Positions 10,801 through 25,833 of a DNA stretch of 64,000 nucleotides are shown piece after piece. The translations under genes were made by a program, and so were the position numbers. The first letter of the stretch is position 1; every line of letters begins with the position of its first letter. The stretch covers positions 1,552,001 to 1,616,000 of the forward strand of contig CM075992.1 in the NCBI GenBank assembly GCA_038087875.1, in the 5' to 3' direction. Source of the stretch: Malacoraja senta. Its lineage: Eukaryota. A model generated the notes under the pieces. That model did no database searches. It saw nothing but the letters and a program-made list of their open reading frames with translations, and was not told where the DNA came from.

Positions 10801-13800
10801 AGGTACCTCACCTGGACATCAGTGACGCCGGTAACTGCTTTAATGTATTGGAAGGATTCTTGTAGAGTGTTGTTGGACCTCTCCTCGGTTGCTGTTTCCG
10901 CGGTTTCCGGTCGCTCGAAGTGGAGCTCGTCGGAGTGGGCAGCTGCTCGCAATGCCTGAGGGAACCACCCCAGAAAAAGGTCAGATATTAGAGGTTCTCC
11001 AACAGTACAAATTACAGCAGGAAGGAACTGCAGATGCCGGTTTAAACCGAAGATAGACACAAAGTACTGGAGTAACTCAGCGGGACAGGCAGCATCTCTG
11101 GAGATAAGGGATGGGTGACGTTTTGGGTGGTCACCTATTCCTTTGCTCCAGAGATGTATCTTCAGTACAAATTACAGGCCATGTTAAACAGATGAGTTGT
11201 AGCAAGCATTTTATCAGGATGCATCACAGCTTGGTTTGGGAACAGCTCCATCCAAGACTGCAAGAAACATAGAAAATAGGCGCAGGAATAGGCCGTTCGG
11301 CCCTTCAAGCCATTCAATATGGTCATGGCTGATCATCCAAAATCCCGTTCCTGCAGAAAAGATTTAATAGGAATCTGAGGGGTAACTTTTTCACACAAAG
11401 GGTGGTGGGTGTAGGGAACAAGCTGCCAGAGGAGGTAGTTGAGGCTGGGACTATCGTAACATGGATAGGACAGGGTTAGAGGGATGTGGGCCAAACACGG
11501 GCAGGTGGGACTAGTGCAGATGGGGCATGTTGGTCAGTGTGGGCAAGTTGGGCTGAAGGGCCTGTTTCCACACGGTATTACTCTATGACTCTATGAGAAT
11601 GATTGTAAGTTGAAGAGCAGTGTCGTGCCTGGGACTGTTGGAGTTGGCCACTGAAAGGTTGGATTAAAACACTGCCTTATCAGATGAAAAGAGAGCGAGA
11701 TTGATACCTGAAAGGAAATAATTTTCAGGGCTATGGGGGGGGGAGAGAATGGCAGTGGGACTAGCTGGATTGCTTGCACAGAGAGTTGGTATGAACACGA
11801 CAGAACAAAAGGCCTTTATAGAAACATAGAAAATAGGTGCAGGAGGAGGCCATTCGGCCCTTCGAGCCAGCACCACCATTCATTGTGATCATGGCTGATC
11901 GTCCCCTATCAATAACCCGTGCCTGCCTTCTCCCCATATCCCTTGACTCCACCAGCCCCTAGAGCTCTATCTAACTCTCTCTTAAATCTCTTAATTCATG
12001 TTGCAACCATTCTGTGATTCTAAATTTGCAGTTGCATTGATAAAAGACCAATTTTGAGAGTCAAGAGTGTTTTATTGTCATATGTCCCAGATAGAACAAT
12101 GAAATTGTGACTTGCAGCAGCACAGCAGAACATGTAAACATGCTGCACTGTAATCTATATAATAAATGATTGAGAATGTTTAAAAGAAAACATTTGGTGT
12201 AATTCCTACCCGTCTTTCAGCGCGCTCTGCTTGTGTTCTCTTCTCCTCGGCCAGCTTCTTGTACTCACTGAGGATCTTTTCCCGTTCCCGACGTTCCTTA
12301 TGCATGACCTCTTCCTGCTGACGCAGCTCACCCTGGCCAACAACATCACGCAAACACTGGTAACCGTTTCAACGCAAAAAGCAGTGGCGTCATACCACAC
12401 TCACTGGGCTGTTGTTGCACAGGACATTAACAAAACTACCAGAATATGGGTTTAAGAAAGAACTGCAGAGGCTGGAAAATCGAAGGTAGACAAAAATGCT
12501 GGAGAAACTCAGCGGGTGCAGCAGCATCTATGGAGCGAAGGAAATAGGCAACGTTTCGGGCCGAAACCCAAAGGAAATAGGTAACGTTTTGGGTCGAAAC
12601 CCGAAGGGTTTCGGGCCGAAACGTTGCCTATTTCCTTCGCTCCATAGATGCTGCTGCACCCGCTGAGTTTCTCCAGCATTTTTGTCTGCCAGAATATGTG
12701 GTTCTGCCACTGACTACATACATGACAAGTGGAGTTGAGCTTATTGTCAAAGGCACAAGCATGGTGAGGTGCGGGTGCAATGAAGTATCACAGCAGTATC
12801 ACAGGCATATAGACACAGATATCGTATAGAACATACCTTTTACATAAAGATAGCGGAAAGAAAATGGCTGTGCAAAAACAGGACGCAGGTGCAAACAAAA
12901 TTAAGAAATAGCGCAAAATGTGGTCTATTGTGTTCAATTGTAGAGACAGGAATAGGGACAAAAGTTTAGGGGTAACATGAGGGGGAACTTCTTTACTCAG
13001 AGAGTGGTAGCTGTGTGGAATGAGCTTCCAGTGGAAGTGGTGGAGGCAGGTTCGATTTTATCATTTAAAAATAAATTGGATAGGTACATGGACGGGAAAG
13101 GAATGGAGGGTTATGGTCTGAGTGCAGGTAGATGGGACTAGGTGAGAGTAAGTGTTCGGCACGGACTAGAAGGGCTGCGATGGCCTGTTTTCGTGCTGTA
13201 ATTGTTATATGGTTATAGGGGTGTGTCGGTTGGTTCAAGAACCTGATGGTTATAGTGAAGTAGCTGTTCCTGAACCTGTTGATATTGGACTTCAGGCTTC
13301 TGTGTCTCCCAGCTGATGGAAGCAATGAGCGGAGCAAGAAGAGATGGGGCAGATGGTGGGGATTCTTCATGGTAGATGTTGCTTTCGTGAGGCAGCAACT
13401 CGTGGAGATGCTTTTGATGGTGGGAAGCGCTGTGCCGTGATGGACCAGAATGAGCCCACCACACTCAGCAACCTCTTGCGTTCCTGTGTATTGGAATTAC
13501 TGCACCAGGCCATGATGCAACCAGTCTGGTTACTTAACGCAATGCATCAATACAAGTTTGTTATAATATTTGGCAACATGCCCAATCTTCTTAAACTTCC
13601 AAGAAAGTGGCGGCACAGCATGCATTTTTCACGATTACAGGTCATGTCATCCGAGGAGTAACCCAGCAGGTCAGACAGCATCTCTGGAGAACATGACTAG
13701 GTGATTCACACATTCCTAATCAATAAGCTTTTTATTTGCCCTTCCAGTCTGAACAAGCAAACTTCTCTTAGATGTTTCAGAAGGAACCGCAGATGCTGGA

Positions 13801-16800
13801 AAATCGAAGGTAGACAAAAATGCTGGAGAAACTCAGCGGGTGAGGCAGCATCTATGGAGCGAAGGAAATAGGCGACGTTTCGGGCCGAAACGTTGCCTAT
13901 TCCCTTCGCTCCATAGATGCTGCCTCACCCGCTGAGTTTCTCCAGCATATTTGTCTTAGATGCCTTGATTTGTCCCAATCTGCTCCACCTATTTTTACAC
14001 CAATTGCCTCTCCCAGTCTTTTGTGCCTTATTTCTCCATTTTGGTGTAATTCTTTGCTCACAGGGCTAATTAACCGTGATAGATCTGAGGGGAATTGATG
14101 GGAATGAAGAGATTACAGGGAAAATCGGTGACAGCTCTTTCACCAGGCATAGACCATGGGTCATGAGGAAATATCGGATCAATAGACAATAGACAATAGG
14201 TGCAGGAGTTGGCCATTCAGCCCTTCGAGCCAGCACCGCCATTCAATGTGATCACGGCTGATCATCCCCAATCAGTACCCCGTTCCTGCCTTCTCCCCAT
14301 TTCCCCTGACTCCGCTATCTTTAAGAGCCCTATCTAGCTCTCTCTTGAAAGCATCCAGAGAACCTGCCTCCACCGCCCTCTGAGGCAGAGAATTCCACAG
14401 ACTCACCACTCTCTGTGAGAAAAAGTGTTTCCTCGTCTCCGTTCTAAATGGCTTACCCCTTATTCTTAAACTGTGTGGCCCCTGGTTCTGGACTCCCCCA
14501 ACATCGGGAACATGTTTCCTGCCTCTAGTGTGTCCAAGCCCTTAACAATCTTATATGTTTCAATGAGATCCCCTCTCATCAGTGCCCTATACTACAAGCA
14601 AGCACAGGACTCCAAGTTTTCAATGCTGATTAATTCCGTATTGTGTGTGTGTTGGGCATGTTATGACGTACCTTGGCATCGTCACGAGAGAGTTGAGCAC
14701 CTGTGTTCATGACCTGCAGCTCCTTCAGCTGTTGTCGTTGTTGCAGGATCTCAGTTTCCAGCGTGTCCAGTTGCTTCTGAAAGGTCACACTCTCCTCCTG
14801 GATCAAAAAGAAGTTTCAAAACAATTAGGATATCCAGATAACATCCCGTAAAGGATGGAACAACACAAGGGACACAATATCCCAGATCCGATAAAGCCAC
14901 CAAGCGTTCACTTTAATACCTCACTAAGTAAGTAAGTAAGTAAGTTTATTGGCCAAGTGGAATTTGCCTTGGTGCTCCGCCCACAAGTAACAACATGACA
15001 TACAGTGACAGTTACGAATGACTCAGAAAACACTACACATTATTAATAATAAAACATTAATGATAAAACACCATTGATCAAGCATGTGAACCAACAAAAT
15101 ACCAGATCAAAGGGAGGCTACAGATTTTTTGGCTGTTGAGTAGAGCAACTACTCGTGGATAAAAACTGTTTTTATGGCTGGCCGTGGCAGAGGACATAGG
15201 ACATGTCCTATGACCAGAGGACATAGGCAGAGACCAGAGGACATAGGTTTAAGGTGAAGGAGAAATGATTTAGTAGGAATCTGAGGGGTAACTTTTTCCA
15301 CACAAAGGGTGGTGGGTGTATGGAACGAGCTGCCAGAGGAGGTAGTTGAGGCGGGGACTATCCCTTTTAAAAAAATGAAACAAGTTAGACAGGTACATGG
15401 ATAATGTAAGGAGGAACTGCAGATGCTGGTATAACCCGAGACTGGAGTAATTCAGCGGGTCAGGCAGCATCTCTGAAGAAAAGGAATAGGTGACATTTCG
15501 GGTCGAGACCCTTCTTCAGACCACTGTATTGTGTGCAGAGCGTCAGATCCCTGATGAAGGGTCTCGACCCGAAACATCACCCCTTCCTTCACTCCAGAGA
15601 TGCTGCTTGTCCCGCTGAGTTACTCCAGCATTCTGTGTCTATCATCGGTGTAAACCAGCATCTGCAGTTCCTTCCAACACTCTCCTACACTCTCTCTATG
15701 CTGAAGAAGGGTTTCGGCCCGAAACGTTGCCTAGTTCCTTCGCTCCATAGATGCTGCTGCACCCGCTGAGTTTCTCCAGCACTTTTGTCTACCTTCGATT
15801 TTCCAGCATCTGCAGTTCCTTCTTAAACACTCTCTCTATGCTAATGGATTGCTGAGACCTTTTGCTTCATCTACCCTTTCCTTCCAAATTTCTCCCCCTT
15901 TGAAGGTACCCTACAAGGATTGTCATGGTGAATATTGTTCAGAGACATGGAACTCATGCTGATGACCAGTACGGTCTGTATGAACAGAACAGTGGGTATA
16001 TGAGCAGCACAGTGGCGCAGAGGTAGCATGCCTCAAAGCACCAGGCAACTGGGTTTGATCCTGAATGTACGGAGTTTTTACGTTCTCCCTGTGACCATGT
16101 GGGTTTTCTCTGGGTGCTCCGGTTTCCACCCACACTCCAATGACGTACAGGTTTTGTAGATTTATTGGCTTCGGTAATTTGTAAAGTTGCCCCCTTGTGT
16201 GTTCGGATGGTGTTAGTGTATGGGGTTGATCGCTGGTTGGTGCGGACTCAGGGCCTGGTTCCATGCTGTATCTCTAAAGTCTCACCCTCCTAGGAATTGC
16301 AAGGCATCAGCAAAAGAAAAACGACCACACCTGCAGATGGGCCTTAAGTCGTAGATACACCTTCATCACATGTGTGGCCTCAACACATTTCAGCTGTGTT
16401 TTCTCCAGTCGATTCTCTAGCAGCCTCAAGGTCTGAAACACAAAAGCCAATGACATACTGTATGATGACAGAGAGCAAGCGGAAGAAGGGTTTCGGCCCG
16501 AAACGTTGCCTATTTCCTTCGCTCCATAGATGCTGCCTCACCCGCTGAGTTTCTCCAGCATTTTTGTCTCCCTTCGATTTTCCAGCATCTGCAGTTCCTT
16601 CTTAAACAGAGAGCAAGAGGATATCATTTTGCAAAATACTGTGCCATGCAAAGCACTTTAAAGAAACTCACTATCATTTAGGGCAACCTGGGGTAAATTT
16701 CACCTACCCAGGGGGTAAATTTGTCGATTCTGGATTTGTACATATGTTTTCTCATCGACTGACTGTGTTTGGTTCTGGTATACCACCGGATCTGTTCATC

Positions 16801-19800
16801 ATTAGCTGTTCACAAATAAGTGAAATAACATTGTTATGTGCTATTAAAGTTGCCTGGGGTAAACGGGACGAACAAGGTTGGGAACCCCTGATTTAGGACA
16901 ATGACAAAATATGGAACTAAAGATTATTTGATGGTTTAAGCCAATTAGAAAGTCAAGCATTCTTATGCATCGTGGCGGACTCTTCCATCATTGATATCAG
17001 TGTCCTTACTACAATTATTCAGGAGATATTTTTTAAATGGCGGGCGGCACGGTGGCGTAGCGGTAGAGTTCCTGTCTCACGGTGCCAAAAACCCGGGTGC
17101 TGTCTGTAAGGAGTTTGTACGTTCTCCCCGTGACCTGTGTGGGTTTTCTCCGGGTGCTCCGGCTTCCTCCCACATTCCAAAGACGTACAGGTTTGTAGGT
17201 TATTTGCCTTTGGTCGAATTGTCCCTAGTGTGTAGGATAGCGTTAGTGTGCAGGGATCGCTGGTCAGCGCAGCCTCAGTTGGCCGAAGGGCCTGTTTCCA
17301 CGCTGTATGTCTAAACTAAACTAAATGAGACTGCTGTCTCTTAGTCCCTATCACTCTGCCAATCTTTTTTTCACTTAATGCTTCATTTCTAATTACATAT
17401 GAACAAAATGATGTTTGCAAATCCATTTTAGACGGTAGTTATGAAACAATATTATTTCAATAGGTCTACAATTATAAGCACATGCCAGGCCAGAAAAGAG
17501 CAGTCTACAGATATCCTTGTAGAACATCAGTGGATTGTTATGGCATTTTGCTGGTTTCTTAATTGCATTACTGATATTAGCTATTGATGCCCAATGTATT
17601 TAATTACTGCAATATCAAATGTCTCCAGAGCAATAATGGCTTGTGCATATGTACAGCCGAATATTATATTACAAATCCCTTCACTGGCATCAACCTTTCT
17701 TTTACACGGAGTGTCTTGTTTAAAAATAAGTTACAATTTATAAAATTCTAAATGACATGGGCCTCAGCGGTAGAGTTGCTGCCTCACAGCGACAGAGACC
17801 CGGGTTTGATCACGAATACGGGTGCTGTCTGTACGGAGTTTGTACGTTCTCCCCGTGACCTGCGTGGGTTTTCTCTGGGAGCTCCGGTTTCCTCCACACT
17901 CCAAAGACGTGCAGGTTTGTAAGTTAATTGGCTTGGTATAATTGTAAATTGTCTTTAGTGTGTGTAGGGTAGTGTTAATGTGCGGGGATCGCTTGTCGTC
18001 GCGGACTCGGTGGGCTGAAGGGCCTGTTTCCGTGCTGTATCTCTGAACTGAACTAAATTGGGCTGATTTTTCCATGTGATTTTTCCTTTCTCACCTGTGC
18101 TTCCTCTGACGTGCTCTCCTCTACCTCCTGCAGGAAGGCAGCCTCCCCCTTGAGCTTAGTGTACTGTAGATCCAGATTCATCTGATGTTTCTTCTTCATT
18201 TCTGTCTCATGTTTAAGAGCATTTAGGCGCTTAGACTTCTCACAAACCTTCTGATCCATAACCATTACGACATCCTGGCAAATGCATGAGTTATGATAAA
18301 CACAGATTGTCAGAAATCAAAAAGTTACATATATCAAGTCTAAACAGAAAAATTGTAATTCATTTTGGCACAAAACAATAGCATTCCTGCAACTTTAGAG
18401 TCTGAACCACAGTACTATATTAATCAGATATTAAACCTGATAAAGAAGACACGAAATTGCTTGGATGTTCCCTGAAAGTGGCATCACAGGTAGATAAGGT
18501 GGTAAGGAAAACATTTGGCAAGCTGGCCATCATCAGTCAGGGAACTGAATATAGAGTTCTTTCTCCTGCAGAATACCAATATGTCTCACTTGTCCATTTG
18601 AGCTCTTGTTGGATTTTCCTTCTCAACCCCATTCTTCTGCCTATCTCCCATAACATTTGACACCCTTACTAAATGTGTCAATCTCTGCTTTTACAGTGGC
18701 TCAGGTCTAGATCTGAACAGTTTCCGGCTATGATGCAGGAAACAAGATTGTTATGAGATAGGGACAGAGTGTGTAGAGTTCCTGATGTCAAGCAGAGATT
18801 ACCAGTCGCAAAGTCTGGCTCCCAGTTTAATTAATGTCAATAGTTACCCAAACAGTTAGCTTTCCACAGCACTTGTGGAACACAGTAAACCTCCGAGTCA
18901 ACACTAAAGACTGGTCAAGACCCTTTTGGTTTCTGACCGATCTCAAATCACCACCCCTCTATCCAGGACATTGGAATTAAAATCAGATCTCCACTTTCGC
19001 ACCCTCGAGCACTTGCAAAATGTTTGGGCAATGGTCAAAGAAATTCAATAAAGGGGTTTACCTTTCCACTCTTGTTTCTCAGCGCCATTTTCTCATGATG
19101 ATCTGGAAATGAAACTTGATCTAGTTTCTCATCACTCTGAAACACAAGTTACAAACTCATTACACCATCTGTCAATGTTTACAGTGGCGGTGCCATTAAC
19201 TTGAACAGATGCATATGGACACAGGGTAGGGATGCATATGGACATTGGACATATGGACACACGTCTTTTCCAATAGTGTCTTAAATTTGCCAAAGTAACA
19301 CCTTGGCTCGTTCCGAGTATTTTTGACAGCTTACTTACCCTACCCTTGATCTTCCAGGTGTTTTCTTTGCAAAATCAAAATGAAAATGAAATATTGTAGT
19401 CACAGATCCAGCTAAGTAGGACAGAGCTCGATCACACTGAAAAATGCTTGTCCCATATTTTGTAACTTTGCTTACTTTGTAACTGTGTCAGCGCCCCTTT
19501 ATGTGTCGACTATTTGCATACCTTGGGCGTGCAAGCAAAGAATTTCACTGTGACTTGTCACATGTGACAATAAAGTAATCATTCACTCATTCATTAATCA
19601 ATTAATTATTTAACTAATTCATTAATTAATTCACTCATTCATTAATTAATTCACTCATTCATTAATTCATTCAATCATTCATCCATTCATTCATTCAGTC
19701 ATTGATTCATTCAGTCATTCATTCATTCATTCATTCAATCATTCATCCATTCATTCATTCAGTCATTCATTCATTAATTCATATCAAGACTTCCATGTCT

Positions 19801-21922
19801 GAGAGACTTTCTAAGGTGTGCAGTCAACAGGTGCTCCAACCTTACCACCAATGTTCCTGCCAATACTTTATGCAGTTGTTTGTTCTCTTGTCTCAGGTGT
19901 TGAATGTTCTCCTTGTTTTTTCTTGATTTTATCCTGCGATGTTTCATAATAAGCCTTACGATCGCCCTCTGAAAGATAGCAAAGAGTAAGGTAAGTAAGG
20001 AAGGGTTTCGGCCCGAAACGTTGCCTATTTCCTTCGCTCCATAGAGGCTGCCTCACCCGCAGCACTTTTTTTATCTACCTTCGATTTTCCAGCATCTGCA
20101 TTTCCTTCTTGAACAAAGGTTAGGATATACCTCACATAGGCACCATGTCTCCGCTTGGATGCCCGTGCAGCTGGCATCGTAACTAGCTAGCAAAGCGGGA
20201 GTGGAAGCTCACAGCCTCACTTATGTTGCAGCAACATTCACAACTTGCAGCAAAATGTGAGTCTTTTGGTCGCCATTAAGTGCAGTCTGCCTTTACAAGG
20301 TATCATCTCAGGAAATAAGTAGCGTTCAAAATATCTTCTCCCTACTCCCCTAACTAGAGCATCGGATAGATCTGCGAAAGTGGCCCCTCATTTCGACATC
20401 TGCTAAATCAGACACTCATCCTTCCCTACATCTCATCCCCTTCTCCCTTTTCTTTGTTACCCCTCACACCCTTTTAACATAGCCTCATTTTACCCCTTCT
20501 CCTAACCCGATCTTTTAAACAGTTGTCTTTCTTTTTCCTTCTGTTCACACATCTCTCTCCCTGAACCTTGTACTTTCTTGCGCGGGAAGGAACTGCAGAT
20601 GCTGGTTTACACCGAAGATAGACACAAAATGCTGGAGTAACTCAGCGGGACAGGCAGCATCTCTGGAGACACGGAATAAGTGATGTTTTGGATCGAGACC
20701 CTCCTTCAGTCTTTTATTCCTTTTCTCCAGAGATGCTGCCTGACCCACTGAGGTACTCCAGCATTTTGTGTCTGTCTTCCTTGTACTTTCTTTCTCACCT
20801 TTCTAATCCACATTCATTCTCTCAGAGAGAAGAAGAGTCCACAAGGGACTCAACATATGAACATTTCTCAACAGTAGACGTGGCTATTTCCAGATTGTGC
20901 TCGGGGAGGTAGAACCCTTTGTAGTGTGGCACAGTCCCAGGTCACAAACCTGTCTGGTCATTTTCCACACTCGATTTCAAGAGAAAGGCCTGGATAGAGT
21001 GAGTGGAGAGGATGTTTCCACTAGTGGGAGAGTCTAAGACCAGAGGCCATAAAAGGACATTCCTTTCGAAAGGAGATGAGGAGGAATTTCTTTAGTCAAA
21101 GGGTGGTGAATCTGTGGAATTCATTGCCACAGATGGCTGTGGAGGCCAAGTCAATGGATATTTTAAAGATTTAATATTGACAGATTTTTGATTAGTGCGG
21201 GTGTCAGGGGTTATGGGGACATGGCTGGAGAATGGGGTTGAGAGGGAAAGATAGATCAGCTATGATTGAATATGTTCCCGATGTTGGGGGAATCTAGAAC
21301 CAGGGGCCAGTTTAAGAATAAGGAGTAAGCCATTTAGAACGGAGACGAGGAAACACTTTTTCACTCAGAGAGTTGTGAGTCTGTGGAATTCTCTGTCTCA
21401 GAGGGCGGTGGAGGCCGGTTCTCTGGATACTTTCAAGAGAGAGCTAGTTAGGGCTCTTAAAGATAGCGGAGTCAGGGGATATGGGGAGAAGGCAGGAACG
21501 GGGTACTGATTGGGGATGATCAGCCATGATTACATTGAATGGCAGTGTTGGCTCGAAGGGCCGAATGGCCTGCTCCTGCACCTATTGTCTGTTGTCTATT
21601 GTCTACGGCAGAATAGACTTGAAGGACCGAATGGCCTAATTCTGCTCCTCCTATCACTTCTGAACTTATGAGACAGAAGGGAAAGGGGGGGAATAAAAGG
21701 AAAATTAGGGATTCAGGGAAGGGAGGTGAGTATATGGAGGCGGGGATTCTGCTCCTAGCCACAAGGTGTACGTTAAACAGGTACCCATTAATCCAACCAA
21801 ACGCGATTTATAAACTAGTATTCCTATTAAAGCAAGCACACACCCAAGAGCTGGATTTTTTTCTGCAAATCCCAGATCTGATCCTGTACAGGGACCCGCA
21901 TCCGTGAGCTGTGTCCCGGCAT
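7837..21922 (-). CDS. ODAD3: Outer dynein arm docking complex subunit 3 (CCDC151), exons 1-10; two apparent 1-nt frameshifts; last exons missing, probably in the gap
   Basis: GT-AG exons: 21922-21844 (MPGHSSRMRVPVQDQIWDLQKKIQLL, in-frame upstream TGA); 19968-19846 (EGDRKAYYETSQDKIKK/NKENIQHLRQENKQLHKVLAGTLV, one extra A); 19136-19062 (SDEKLDQ..RNKSGK); 18274-18095; 16432-16331 (TLRLLENRLEKTQLK..VYLRLKAHLQ); 14797-14672; 12332-12210; 10955-10812; 9834-9675 (one nt short; ..KYSGETKLS); 7993-7837. The peptides match recalled CCDC151 motifs (KKIQLLEGDRKA, LENRLEK, KYSGE). Confidence 0.92.
10293..10596. mobile_element. MITE with long terminal inverted repeats (PIF/Harbinger-like termini)
   Basis: The left arm ccctgccccacggtacgagttcattccaagagctctcccgag matches the reverse complement of ctcgggagagctcttggaatgaactcgcaccgtgggacaggg on the right. 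Internal direct repeat gagtcttcccg..tacctgccgttag. Confidence 0.75.
15551..15578 (+). ncRNA. Minimal type-I hammerhead ribozyme-like motif in a Penelope-derived short element
   Basis: CTGATGA-A-GGGT(CTCG)ACCC-GAAA-CATC. Confidence 0.55.
15701..15728 (+). ncRNA. Minimal hammerhead ribozyme-like motif
   Basis: CTGAAGA-A-GGGT(TTCG)GCCC-GAAA-CGTT. Confidence 0.6.
16680..16890. mobile_element. Small hAT-type MITE remnant
   Basis: Right end aggttgggaacccctg (CAGGGGTTCCCAACCT-type TIR); degenerate left end gggcaacctgggg; atttagg on both flanks. Confidence 0.5.
19580..19781. repeat. (TTCA/TTAA)n tetranucleotide microsatellite
   Basis: cattcattcattaattaattcactc... over ~200 bp in ODAD3 intron 2. 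Confidence 0.9.
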
Positions 21923-22103
21923 GGTCGATCCTAGACTTTCTTGGGTTCAGTTTGCCTGTCCGGTCGAATCTCCCGGTGCTGTTGCGTCTGCTGAGTTTTC
22001 AGCCTCTCTGTTCGTCCGCGGATGGGGATTCCTCACCCTTCCAGTCCCGGGGTCCCAAACCTCCAGTCTCCAAGCTTATCACCTCGCCTCTCAGTCTGAT
22101 CTC

Positions 22104-22292
22104 TGTATCTCTCGCCAGGCAAGCAGTCAACAAATGTATCCCTCGCCAGGCAAGCAGTCAACAAAAGCAGTCTGAAGAAGGGTTTCGGCCCGAAACGTTG
22201 CCTATTTCCTTCGCTCCATAGATGCTGCTGCACCCGCTGAGTTTCTCCAGCACTTTTGTGTAAAGCAGTCAACAAACCCGTTGCTGTGAAAC
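22104..22292 (-). promoter_or_regulatory. Putative ODAD3 proximal promoter: RFX X-box-like site and three forkhead-like GTCAACA sites
   Basis: GTTGCTGTGAAAC at 22280-22292. GTCAACA at 22126, 22157 and 22268. All lie 200-370 nt upstream of the ATG of a motile-cilia gene. Confidence 0.45.
22172..22199 (+). ncRNA. Minimal hammerhead ribozyme-like motif (in ODAD3 promoter region)
   Basis: CTGAAGA-A-GGGT(TTCG)GCCC-GAAA-CGTT. Confidence 0.6.
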
Positions 22293-22445
22293 CGCAGTTT
22301 CCTGTTCCCGTTCACTGAGCGGACCTATTCCAGAGTTTAGTTCTCCGGGAACTCTGATGGTGATATATATATCTATATATATATATAACACGAAGATAGA
22401 CACAAAATGCTGGACAGGCAGGATCTCTGGAGAGAAGGAATGGGT

Positions 22446-22473
22446 GACGTTTCGGGTCGAGACCCTTCTTCAG
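22446..22473 (-). ncRNA. Minimal hammerhead ribozyme-like motif with GUC cleavage triplet
   Basis: Minus strand CTGAAGA-A-GGGT(CTCG)ACCC-GAAA-CGTC. Confidence 0.65.
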
Positions 22474-22493
22474 ACTGATATATAACACGTTAC

Positions 22494-23355
<862 letters not shown>

Positions 23356-23416
23356 ACAAAAGCTCTGAAGATAGGCACAAAATGCTGGAGTAACTCAGCG
23401 GGACAGGCAGCATCTC

Positions 23417-25020
23417 AAGTTCAAGTCAAGTGGGTTTATTGTCATGTGTCCCTGGTAGGACAATGAAATTCTTGCTTTGCTTCAGCACAACAGAACATAG
23501 TAGGCATTGACTACAAGGCATTCTATAAATATATACACACATGAATCAATATACTGATAAAGTGCAAATAACAGTTAATTGGCTAATAAAGTTCAGTGTT
23601 ATGTCCGAGCCAGGTTTAATAGCCTGATGGCTGTGGGGAAGTAGCTATTCCTGAACCTGGTCGTTGCAGTCTTCAGGCTCCTGTACCTTCAACCTGAAGG
23701 TAGTAGGGAGATGAGTGTGTGGCCAGGATGGTGTTGGTCCTTGATGATACTGCCAGCCTTTTTGAGGCAGCGACTGCGATAGATCCCCTCGATGGAAGGG
23801 AGGTCAGAGCCGATGATGGACTGGGCAGTGTTTACTACTTTTTGTAGACTTTTCCTCTCCAGGGAGCTCAAGTTGCTGAACCAAGCCAGGATGCAACCGG
23901 TCAGCATGCTCTCTACTGTGCACCTGTAGAAGTTAGAGAGAGTCCTCCTTGACAAACCGACTCTCTGTAATCGTCTCAGGAAGTAGAGGCGCTGATGTGC
24001 TTTCTTAATAATGCCATCAGTGTTCTCGGACCAGGAAAGATCTTCAGAGATGTGCACGCCCAGGAATTTGAAGCTCTTGACCCTTTCAACCATCGACCCG
24101 TTGATATAAACGGGACTGTGGGTCCCCATCCTACTCCTTCCAAAGTCCACAATCATTTCCTTGGTTTTGCTGGTGTTGAGGGCCAGGTTATTGTGCTGGC
24201 ACCATATGGACAGTTGCTCGATCTCTCTTCTATACTCTGACTCATCCCCATCAGTGATACATCCACAACAGTGGTGTCGTCAGCGAACTTGATGATGGAG
24301 TTCGCACTATGTCCGACTACGCAGTCATGAGTATAGAGTGAGTACAGCAGGGGGCTGAGCACGCAGCCTTGAGGTGCTCCCGTGCTGATTGCTATCGAGT
24401 CTGACACATTTCCACCAATACGAACAGACTGTGGTCTGAGAGTGAGGAAGTCGAGGATCCAATTGCAGAGGGATGCGCAGAGACCCAGTTCTGCGAGTTT
24501 GGTAACCAGCTTGGAGGGGATGATTGTATTAAATGCCGAGCTGTAATCGATGAATAACAGCCTGACATATGAGTTTTTGTTGTCCAAGTGGTCCAGAGCG
24601 AAGTGGAGGGCCAGCGAGATCGCATCCACCGTTGATCTGTTGTGGCAGTAAGCGAACTGCAGTGGGTCCAGGTTTTTGTCGAGGTAGGAGTTGATCTGCG
24701 TCATGATCAACCTCTCAAAGCACTTCATCACCACAGACGTTAGTGCCACAGGTCGATTGTCATTGAGGCACGTCACCTTACTCTTCTTGGGCACCGGTAT
24801 AATTGATGCCCTTTTGAAGCAGGTGGGGACCTCAGACCTCAGAAGTGAGAGGTTGAAAATGTCCGTAAAAACTTCAGCCAGTTGGTCCGCACAGGTTTTT
24901 AGAACGCGACCAGGTATACCATCAGGTCCAGGCGCTTTTCGAGGGTTCACCCCTCTGAAGGATTTCCTGACGTCGGCCTCTGTGACTGAGACTGAAATAC
25001 CATCACAGCGAATGGAGCAA
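23417..25020 (-). mobile_element. 5'-truncated Rex1/Babar-type non-LTR retrotransposon (reverse transcriptase, one frameshift near 24260)
   Basis: RT motifs [53 protein letters not shown] and KFADD. C-terminal ORF 23689-24156 (KAHQRLYFLRRL). Short tandem tail at ~23417-23430. Confidence 0.9.
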
Positions 25021-25194
25021 AGATCTGGAGAGAGGGAATGGGTGACGTTTCGGGTCGAGACCTTTCTTCGCCACCCATCCCTTCTCTCCAGAGATGCTGT
25101 CTGACCCACCGAGTTACTCCAGCTTTTTGTGCCCATCTTCGGTTTAAACTAGCACCTGCAGTTCCTTCCTAACAAAAGCTCTGCCCTGCTTTGG

Positions 25195-25833
<639 letters not shown>

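Noticed and set aside
17042..17110. tRNA-like heads of SINE copies
   Set aside because: No complete cloverleaf; they continue into SINE body and tail, so they are not tRNA genes.
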